Part shown: piece by piece, positions 54,597 through 64,000 of the stretch | Layout of the letters: each line of letters begins with the position of its first letter | Position numbering within the stretch: position 1 is the first letter of the stretch | Assembly (NCBI GenBank): GCA_951406725.2 | Contig: OX597826.1 | Coordinates: forward strand, 65,906,001 to 65,970,000 | Source: Octopus vulgaris | Lineage: Eukaryota | DNA: 64,000 bases | Reading direction: 5' to 3' | Notes under the pieces: model-generated | The model's database searches: none | What the model was told of the DNA's origin: nothing | Seen by the model: only the letters and a program-made list of their open reading frames with translations | Translations under genes and position numbers: made by a program

Positions 54597-55349
54597 GTAA
54601 GCTGTGTAGACTCTCTGGGATTGCAAGTACACTGTATACAAATATACTACTCTATAACTGATACACCACTTTATACCAGTACCACTCTACAAATGTACCT
54701 CATCACTAGGCATGTTGCTAGGCACGAGCATGGCTGTGTGGTAAGAAGTTTGATTTCGATACATATGGTTTTGAGTTCTGTCCCACTGCTTGGCACCTTA
54801 GGCAAGTGCTTCTACTGTAGCTCAGAATCAACCAAAGCTTTGTGAGTGAGTTTGGTAGATGGAAACTGAAAGAAGCCTGTTATGTATTGACCACATAATA
54901 TCTTGCAGATCAAAAGACAAATGCAGGTGTTTACTCTTTGGCGCATGGTGGAGTGGTATAATGGTGTTCTGTGGTATAGAGCAGTGGTAGTGTATGTTAG
55001 TGAGTGGAAACATGGATGGTACACAAATCATTAATTCATAGATGCAGGAACTATTGTGGTGATGATGAAGGTGGTGAGGAGGAGGAGATAGTCTGTTGTT
55101 GTACCAGTAGTTGTAGTGTATTGGTGAGAGCATTTTACTAATCAACTGGATTGCCTTGTTTTAAAGGTGATCAAGAATGTTTGCATGTGTGTGTGTGTAG
55201 CTGTAGCCCTGTACCAGATATGTGACTTCTACTGTAATGTAAGGAATACACTTATATAGGATCATAAACTGTTCTCTCCTTCATCGCCACCTCTTTCATC
55301 ACATTATTAAAGAACCATCACAACTGTTTCTCTTTCTTTCTCTCACCAG

Positions 55350-55416
55350 AAACACCAAGAGAATGCTCCCCCCTGCGTCACAATGCAGCATTTTACTGAT
55401 CTTAAAGAGGAAAAAG
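55350..55416 (+). CDS. ATPAF1: ATPAF1 coding exon 7
   Basis: accAG acceptor; KHQENAPPCVTMQHFTDLKEEK-G; GTAAAT donor at 55417 (phase 1). Confidence 0.9.
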
Positions 55417-56043
55417 GTAAATATCGTTTTGCTGTTTGTTGCCTAACCCCAGCTGTCACATGTCCCTGTGTCTCTCAAGCAAAAACTATACTCATCATTT
55501 AACATCCATTTTCCATGCTGGCATGAGTTGAATGGCTTGACAGGGGTCGCACAAGGTTACATAATCTGTTTTGGATTGGTTTCTACAATTGGATGCCCTT
55601 CCTAACGTCAACCACTTTACAGAGTATACTGGGTGCTTTTTACATGGCACCATATTTTTTTTAATGTTTAAAGACAAAATTTCTGCTTCGTGAAAACAGT
55701 CCTTTTTGCATATAAGTGCCTTGACAAATTCTCTGCAATCGTAGAAAAGTCAATGTTAAAACAATGATGAGATTAATGATTGCTTGTCTCCTCTGAAATT
55801 AAATCCACCTTGGATTGCACCTGATTCTAAGACACAAACTTCCTCTTTTAAAGTAATATCAATTAAAATCTTTCATCAAAACTTCATGTTAATTTGTTCC
55901 AAACATCAGCTTGATAATGACCAAAATATTTTACTAAATTGTTTACTTTATTTTCATAATTAATTGATTAATGAAACAAAAGCTGTTATATTCCAACAGA
56001 AATATGCTAATGCTTACAAAAAAGCTAAGGTATCCTGCATATA

Positions 56044-56085
<42 letters not shown>

Positions 56086-56345
56086 CATCATCATCATCAT
56101 TTAACATCCATTTTGCCCAGCATGCTAACAATTCTGCCAGCTCACCGCCTCACATAAATAAACGATGATGATGACATATATCATCATCATCATCATTTAG
56201 CGTCCGTTTTCCATGCTAGCATGGGTTGGACTGATAGAATTAAAATCAAAATGAGGGTGAAAAAATTGGATATTAATTTAATAACATCAATTTAACACCA
56301 GTGGTTTAGCGCATAAAAAACTGAGATTCAGTAAATATTATTAAT

Positions 56346-56458
56346 ACACAAATATGAGAGAGAATCCACTATCTGGACGCCCTTACGCTAAAGAGAGATC
56401 CGCAATCTCTCTTTAGCGTAAGGGCGTCCACATAGTGGATTCTCACTCATATTTGTGT
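56346..56458. repeat. 54-bp stem hairpin
   Basis: Arms 56346-56399 and 56405-56458; 5-nt loop; about 2 mismatches. Confidence 0.9.
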
Positions 56459-56559
56459 GTGTGTGTATGTGTGTGTGTGTATGTATGAGAGAGATACAAT
56501 ATAATATACTTAGAATATATGTATAATATATTCATGCTTATATTTTATTTTTTTACCAG

Positions 56560-56600
56560 GTTTGGTACTAATGTCTGGAGATTACGATTCTAAAATATTG
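56560..56600 (+). CDS. ATPAF1: ATPAF1 coding exon 8
   Basis: ttttaccAG acceptor, phase 1; (G)LVLMSGDYDSKIL (KGLVLM motif); GTAAGT donor at 56601. Confidence 0.9.
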
Positions 56601-57617
56601 GTAAGTTGATTAAAATGTTCTAAATACCTTCAATATTTCTCCTACCATCTGAAGAAAATTCCTTCCAACTGAATTGACCACAATACTTCTTACTTAGTCC
56701 AGCATCAGTATCACTGCTCTCCTCGAGTTGTTGACAGTTTACTATGGTGACTAATGATAGTGACACTATTTTTACCTTGACTGTTGACCATTACTAAGGC
56801 AATTAGCATAGGTGACACTGTCCTTGCATTCACAGTTGACAGTTATGTCACTATGACGAATGCAGTTTGGCATGCTTGAGCGGATAATACAGTAGCTCAC
56901 TTGTCCTTGTGCAACGGACCATCTTACTACTTACTTTCCTCTCTTTCTCCCTGTCATCCCCATTCTAATAATATTGACCACTGTTTATGCTGGACAAAGT
57001 GGGGTCTGAACTCACAACGAGGACATAAAAAGATGGTTACTATAACCTGGCTATGTGGTGAGAAGTTTGCTTCCCAACCACCTGGTTCCAGATTCGGTCC
57101 CACTGCATAGCACCTTGGGCAAATGTCTCCTACTAAAGCCTCAAGCTGACCAAAGCCTTGTGAGTGGATTTGGTAGACAGAAACTGACAGAAGCCTGTCA
57201 TGTGTGTGTGCATGTGTGTGCGCGCACCTTTGTTTGTCTATCCCTCCACCACTTGACAACCAGTGTTGGTGTGTTTACATCCCCTTAATTTAACAGTTCA
57301 GCAAAAGTGACTGACAGAATAAGTACTGGGGTTGATTTGTTTCACCAAAAACTCTTTGAGGTAATGCCCCAGGCCAAAAAATTAAAATTTTATATAAATA
57401 GCTGTGTGGTAAATTTGTTTCAGTCATTTGACTGCAGCCATGCTAGAGCACCACCTTTTAGTCAAACAAATCGACCCCAGGACTTATTCTTTGTAAGCCT
57501 AGTACTTATTCTATCGGTGTCTTTTGCTGAACCGTTAAGTTACAGGGATATAAACACACCAACATCAGTTGCCAAGCGATGGTGGTGAAGACAAACATAT
57601 ATATATATATATAAAAT

Positions 57618-58127
57618 TTAAAGTAAACAGAAAATGGAGAAATATTGATCAACAACTAACATCAATTATTATTTTTTAATACAAATAGACTATATCCTAT
57701 CTAACAGCTGTTTCTAACATTCATCACATCTGGTAACACATCCAATCTGGAACATGGAATTTCATCAAAGTGAAGAAAAATTCATAAAAGAAAAATGGAA
57801 GAGCCTCGAGAAGATGAAAGGCTTAATATATTTAAATCTTACCATTTTTGCATATGTGACACATCAGGACTAAACTTAAAATATTAATTGGTGGGTTAAT
57901 TTTTCTATGGGGGTAACAGGGTGTATAAATAATCAATAATGAAGCTCCATGTTCCAGATCAGATGTGTTACCAAATATATTATTTTTAGAATTTTCAGTG
58001 GCAATACCATGGAACATTGGAAGCAGAAACAGCTGTCAGATGGGATACAGTTTATTTGTATTAAAAAGTAATAATTGATGTTAGTCAATTTTTGTTGATC
58101 AATTTCTCCATTTTCTGTTTATTTTAA
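57618..58127. repeat. Diverged inverted pLTR-like pair with decayed hammerheads, between (TA)n tracts
   Basis: Arms ~57618-57765 and ~57939-58127; both carry GAAACAGCTGT(C/T)AGAT and AGAAAATGGAGAAA. Confidence 0.75.
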
Positions 58128-58850
58128 ATATATATATATATATATGGTTATGTGTCTGTGTTTGCCCCCCACCCACCATTGCTTGACAACTGATGTTGGT
58201 ATGTTTACATCCCTGTAACTTAGTGTTTCAGCAAAAGAGACCAATAGAATAAGCACTAGGCTTACAAAGAATGTCCTGGGGTTGATTTGTGTGAATAAAA
58301 GGCGATGCTCCAGCATGGCTGCAGTCAAATGACTGAAACAAATAAAAGAATTTTTACACGATGGGCTTCTTTCAGTTTTCGTCTACCAAATCCACTCACA
58401 AGACTTTGGTTGACCCCAGACTATAGTAGAAGGCACTTTCCCAAGGTGCTATGCAGTGGGACTGAACCTGGAACTATGTGGTTGATAAGCAAGCTACTTA
58501 CCATACAGCCACTCCTGCATCTATGTGTGTGAGTTTGTCCCCACCTCCACCGCATGACAACCGATGTTGGTGTGGTTACATCCCCGTAACTTAGTGGTTT
58601 GGCAAAAGACACCGATAGAATAAGTACTAGGCTTACAAAGAATAAGTCCTGGGGTCGATTTGTTTGACTAAAGGTGGTGCTCCAGCATGGCTGCAGTCAG
58701 ATGACTGAAACAAATAAAGGAATATATTTATACATATATATATTATACACACTTAAATGTTAATGGTGACTTGAAAGTTTCGGCCAATTAAGCCATTGTC
58801 ACACTTTCCAAACAAAGTCTTTATTTCGACATCTTTCCACTCTGTTGCAG

Positions 58851-59036
58851 GACAAAGCAAATGCACTCAACTTGGCTCGACAACTCACCATGTTCTATGG
58901 TCGAAATGCTGCCGAAAGGTTCACGCTGGTCAGGATCTTCAACTACATGCCGCAGAAGTTTAATTACAATGACCTAATTACAGAATACAAAGGATCTAAA
59001 AAGTTTCTAGAATCATCCATTATAGAGTGCAGCTGA
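58851..59036 (+). CDS. ATPAF1: ATPAF1 terminal coding exon
   Basis: ttgcAG acceptor; A..LA.QL.MFY...LV..FN..P..F.Y..LI motif; TGA stop. The nine exons sum to 918 nt (305 aa plus stop) in frame. Confidence 0.93.
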   Translation, partial: DKANALNLARQLTMFYGRNAAERFTLVRIFNYMPQKFNYNDLITEYKGSKKFLESSIIECS

Positions 59037-59158
59037 GATGAAGGGTAAGGTGTGTGTGTGTGTGTATATATATATATGAACTGATGTGGGGTGGGATCTA
59101 AAAATTGCCAGCTTCTAGAAACATCTGAAAAATCATTTCATTGTTATAAATTTTTAGA

Positions 59159-59187
59159 AATAAATTTTAAAAGAACAAAATAATAAA
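59159..59187 (+). promoter_or_regulatory. Candidate polyadenylation signals of ATPAF1
   Basis: AATAAA at 59159-59164 and 59182-59187, followed by T-rich sequence. Confidence 0.5.
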
Positions 59188-60640
59188 ATGTTTCAAATTT
59201 TGTTTATTTACAATTTTATTTAGAAAAAAGAAAAAGGAAGAAAATTGTCTGGAACATTATAAAATCTGGGAATTGTTGTAAGTTTTTCTGTATCATATAA
59301 ATATGGGTGCTACTTTGACATGTGATCAACTTAAAGAGCGATTAATTTGGGTTACTTTTTAGTTTACTTTTCAATTCTTAAAAACCCTTAAGATGTTCTT
59401 GCATTTCTAGCAGATGTTCACTTAATTCATCGTTAATTATTCAAATTTTTTAGTCCATACTTAGCATTGTAAGTGTATTTTTCCAAAAATTCTTACTATT
59501 TTGATGATAATAAAACCACGTTTCATTTGTGTCTTAGTAAATGAGAAACCTAGAATAAACATAATAAAATAAGCGTGTAGATTACACAAGTTTGGCATCT
59601 CCCTTTAAACTGTAGATCACACACCAAAGTAGCACCTAAATATGTTACATTATGGCTTGTATGCCATGGCCTTCTGTATCACATAAAATATGTTATGATT
59701 TGTTATCTTATCCTGCTATATATTGTATATGTTCTTTGTTATACTTGTCTCTATCATCTATGTTATTGTTCGTTATATCTCATATGTTGTTTGTTATATC
59801 TTATCAATATTTTATCTTATGGGTTATCAATACATATATCCCATCTTTTTGCCATCTTGTCTATGTTATCTTATGGCTTTGTAACTTATAAAGAAACTAT
59901 TCCAGTTTGCTGAGTAAACAACACTGGATCAGATGGATATAAAGAAGGCTGTCACTTGGAAAGACAGCTTCCACATTGAGACACAGTAAGGAGGCAGAGC
60001 TTCCACATCATGGACACTAAAGGATGGTGAGCAAGAAGCAGACAGCACATGGTCATGGCTACTGAGAGGGTTTGCACATGGTGACACAAGTTGAACTGGC
60101 TGTCAGGTTGAGACAAAATGGACTTCTGTAAGCTGACAGGCTAAAAGAGGGATGGCATAAAGTGGTTTGGAGCAAAAACACTTCTGCATGATGTGTGACA
60201 TAGTGTCAGATGTGCATGAGAGAGACTTCTACATGAAGGAAATGTTGCTTGGAGGAAAACCAGTGGAATCATGTGAACACAACATCAGCTAATGGAATTT
60301 CATGAATGCAAATATACAACATAGAGATATAACATGAGTAATATCTTAAATTTAACAAAAAGTTAGTCGGTGTTTTACGTCAGACATTTCTACACGAGGT
60401 GGGGCTTATTGAAAGAACATGCAACATTTTTGTTACCTTAGTAGTTCTGTTGCCCAAGGAGGTGGTAAGTGTTTCCTATAACATAATGCATGTGTAATCA
60501 CATATAAAATGCCTTGCATGTATAAAACTGTTATTGTTCATTCTTATAATTTTATTGTGTGTGTGTATGTATATATATATATATATACATATATAAGAGG
60601 AAGGTGTGTACGTACGTCGCAAAAATATATGTATAAAAAG

Positions 60641-60880
60641 TATATATAAAACTACAAAATGTGACAAGAACGCAAAACATTCAAATAGACGACACAAAAA
60701 ACGGATGGGTCGTTTGAAGCCTCTAATCTTCAGTCAAGAACCAGATCATCCTTGCAATTTCGGCTGATGAGGATGATCCAGTTCTTGACTGAAGATTAGA
60801 GGCTTCGAACGACCCGTCCGTTTTCGTATCGTCTATTTGAATGTTTTGCGTTCTTGTCCTATTTTGTATTTTTATATATA
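60641..60880. repeat. Foldback with ~111-bp arms, related to 27331-27976
   Basis: Arms 60641-60752 and 60770-60880; shared GAAGCC..AATCTTCAGTCA..ATCATC..GCAATTTCGGCTG block. Confidence 0.88.
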
Positions 60881-61337
60881 TATTGTTATTCTACCAATTA
60901 TATACGTTTTTATTATTTTTTTTTGCAATTTTTCTAGATGGTGTAATTTAATTGTTTATTTTGAATTGATAAAAGGTGTTTTTTTCTAATATATATATAC
61001 ATATATATACATACATACACAATCATTTTCACACTGCCAATGCTCATTTGTTTCTCAATGATAGATGAGTTTACGTGGAAGATTAGAAACAAATGATATT
61101 GCTCATATGATGGTGACACTATGACAATCAGGTGAAGTCAAGACAAGGAGACACACACACTTTATAGGTTCCTTTCAGTTTACATCTTCCAAAACCACTC
61201 ACAAGGCTTTGATCAGCCCTGGGCTACGGAAGAAGATACCTGTCCAGTGTGTCATACACTAGGACTAAATCTGAACCAAGTGGTGTGGGAGCAAAATTCT
61301 TAACCGCACATCCATGCCAGTAACTAGACACATGACA

Positions 61338-61376
<39 letters not shown>

Positions 61377-62198
61377 TACATATGTTTTATATATATATAT
61401 ATACATGCATAAATATACCTGTGTGTGGTGTGTATGTATGTATATTTAATAAATGATGCAGATTTGGAGACTTGCATTCAGGACTGAGTTTCTGTTTCAC
61501 TGATACAATAATTGTTGCATTTTTTCAGCTATCATAAGCCCAGTGCCCATGGCAACATCAGTTACACACACACACTCATTCATTTTCAGTTTCTAATTGG
61601 CATCGTAAGATATAAGCTTCCTTTACACTGATACACACACACACATCCACATGAGCATACTAACAGACATAGAAGAAAAAACAGTAAAAGATGTACAGTG
61701 TAGATAGACATATTAAAAGATGAGATAAATAGTTAAGACATCTTAGCTATTACAGTCATCAAAATAACTAATTTCTTACTTTGTAACCACGTGGCTTCAG
61801 GTTCAATCTCACTGCATGGCACCTATGACAAATGACTTCTACAGCCTGAGGTCAACATTTTGTGGGTGAATTTGGTAGGCAGAAACTGTGTAGAAGGCGG
61901 TGAGCTGACAGAAACTTTAGCTGTCAAAATGCTTAGCAGTATTTCGTCTGTCTTTACGTTCTCGATAAATTAAGTACCAGTTATGCACTGGGGTCGATGT
62001 AATCAACTTAATCCCTTTGTCTGTCCCCTCTATGTTTAGCCACTTGTGGGCAGTAAAGAAATAAGAAACTGTGTAGAATCCTATCGTGTGTGTCCATATA
62101 TATATATACACACATAATTTGCCACTATTAGCCCAGTGACAGATTAGAAAGCATATTTGAATGTGGATGAAGAAGTCTTTCTTCTCCCTTTCTGTATG

Positions 62199-62229
<31 letters not shown>

Positions 62230-62638
62230 CACATACATAGAGCACATAACAACTGGTGTTGATTTGCTTATATCCTTGTGACTTAGCAGTTTGGCAAAAG
62301 ACACCAACAGAATAAGTACCAGCTTTAAAAAATATGTACTGTGGTTGATTTGTTTGAATAAACACTTCAAGGCTGTGCCCCAGCATGGCCACATTCCCAT
62401 GACTGAAGCAATAAGAAGAAAAAGTAGTCCTACAATGGAGATAGATTTATTCTTAAAATGTAAATTTAAAAAAAAAAGATTAAAATAATTAAAAATTATA
62501 AAATAAAATAAAATTCTGAATGGCAGACAGAGAGACACGCTTATAAATGGCTGCAATGTACTTTATCCAAGTGAATTTGGGCTCCTGGTCAGTTACTGAA
62601 TGCTGGTCATCAAAGTGGGAAGTGAAAGCTATCGTCCT

Positions 62639-62699
62639 TTAATTACCATCCATTGCTTTCAAAAACTTGTCGTTAATTATGTAAGGAATAATTTTATGT
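62639..62699 (-). CDS. SLC4A11: SLC4A11-like terminal exon
   Basis: Minus-strand ttttatttcAG acceptor (62700-62701); phase 2 completes Arg; HKIIPYIINDKFLKAMDGN*. Not in the ORF track. Confidence 0.88.
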
Positions 62700-62849
62700 C
62701 TGAAATAAAAAAAAGATAATTATGAAGATGTACTTGCATATCAAGTGACTTTATCTGAGATCGTGTGCTGAAACAAAAACAATTGCAGCGTGGAAAGTAT
62801 TTATAAGCCATTTAAAAACACACAAAAACTGTTAGATTCACTTCAACAT

Positions 62850-62980
62850 TTAAATTTAATTTGTCAAAATATTTTCATCACTTTGAAACTGCAACTGAGA
62901 AAATGATGCAGCACGGAACTTTGTCAGCGAACATGTCACAGTTTCAAAGCAACAAGAATATTTTGACAAATTAAATTTAA
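62850..62980. repeat. Imperfect inverted repeat in the last SLC4A11 intron
   Basis: TTAAATTTAATTTGTCAAAATATT...CTTTGAAACTG versus CAGTTTCAAAG...AATATTTTGACAAATTAAATTTAA. Confidence 0.75.
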
Positions 62981-63703
62981 TGACTGAAACAGGTAAAAGG
63001 TAACTGCTTCAAATTTTGGCACAAAGCCAGCAATTTGACAGTGAGGACAGTAATCAGTTAAATAGGCTCCAGTACTTGAATGGTACTTTATTTTTGTCAA
63101 CCTGAAAAGGACAAAAGGCAAAGTTGCCCCTGGAAGAATTTGAACCTAGTATAGAGAGAGCTGGAAGAAATGCTGCTAAGCATTTTGTCCGACACACTAA
63201 CTAAATGTAAAGTAATAGTAGTAGTAGTATGGTGGGGAGGGCCTGTGTTGTAACAGCATGTTGGAACATCCATATGTTAGCGATTCCCTTACTCCTGGCA
63301 TATGACATCTTTGCACCACTCAAGCGACAACCCATGGGTCTATTTGGGGGCTCATTGTTGTGAGGAGTTTTACAAGGTCAGGAAGCAAATTCTCCCTCAA
63401 TGCCTTTTAGTTTCCTTTTATGACATGCAGAGGGTTTATCTTTAACTTGCCAGAACCCCGCCCACACATACAGCACAAAATGTAAAATAACCTTTTCTAC
63501 TCTAGGCACAAGATCCAAAATTTTGGGGGAGGGGGGCCAGTTGATTAGTTCGACCCCGGTATGCAACTGGTACTTAATTTATTGACCTTGAAAGGATGAA
63601 AGGTAAAGTCAGCCCTGGGGGAATTACAAAATCTAATATAATGTAATAAAACTGAAATCTGTAAAATTAGCTTGTGTATTTGTGAAAATAATCCTTAACT
63701 TAC

Positions 63704-63873
63704 CTGGCAGGTATGAGTCCAAATATTAAAACCGGGAAAAACATCTTTAAATAAGGATATGGTGCAAAACCAAATATGCAGAGAATGACTAACTGGAGCA
63801 CTTGCAGCCCTGTGAATAGATGCATCTTCCTTTGCGGAACTTGTCGAATGAAATGGTTTGGTGGATAGGCAGA
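63704..63873 (-). CDS. SLC4A11: SLC4 family transporter (SLC4A11-like), penultimate exon
   Basis: On the minus strand: ttctttcAG acceptor and AG|GTAAG donor (phase 2). SAYPPNHFIRQVPQRKMHLFTGLQVLQLVILCIFG...YLKMFFP closely matches the SLC4A11 C-terminal TM region as I recall it. Confidence 0.9.
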
Positions 63874-64000
63874 CTGAAAGAAAAGCATAAAAAACAGACG
63901 GTCAATCAATAAGTCTGGAGTTCTCTGTGGCATAAGATGCAAGTCCCTCTGGACATCACTGTCTCCAGTCCTAGGACTTATAAGATTGATTACCGAGTTA

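Noticed and set aside
58768-58806. Minus-strand GTGACAATGGCTTAATTGGCCGAAAC hammerhead-like remnant
   Set aside because: Core, stem I and stem III are too degenerate to call.

Overview
Eukaryotic (metazoan) genomic DNA, AT-rich and dense in microsatellites. The repeat inventory and intron style suggest a coleoid cephalopod such as Octopus; this is an inference. Three spliced protein-coding genes are supported. (1) The last two coding exons of a prostanoid-receptor-family GPCR (+, 1002-4582). (2) A complete 9-coding-exon ATPAF1/ATP11 gene (+, 44429-59036, 305 aa when spliced). (3) The last two exons of an SLC4A11-like anion transporter (-, 62639-63873), convergent with ATPAF1. The rest is mostly transposon relics: tRNA-derived SINEs, RTE, CR1-like, Tx1-like and R4/Dong-like LINE fragments, a DD37D (maT) and a Tigger/pogo DNA transposon, a Helentron-type element, a Gypsy-like integrase remnant and several Penelope-like elements (PLEs). 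Almost all ORFs in the supplied track are microsatellite artefacts. The most striking non-obvious signal is a set of minimal type-I hammerhead-ribozyme motifs. About a dozen occur, several with a recurrent CCGANGA variant core. They lie in PLE-type terminal repeats next to (TA)n tracts, and several sit in long inverted-repeat (foldback) cassettes with outward-facing ribozymes. All family assignments come from motif recognition by eye; no searches were run.
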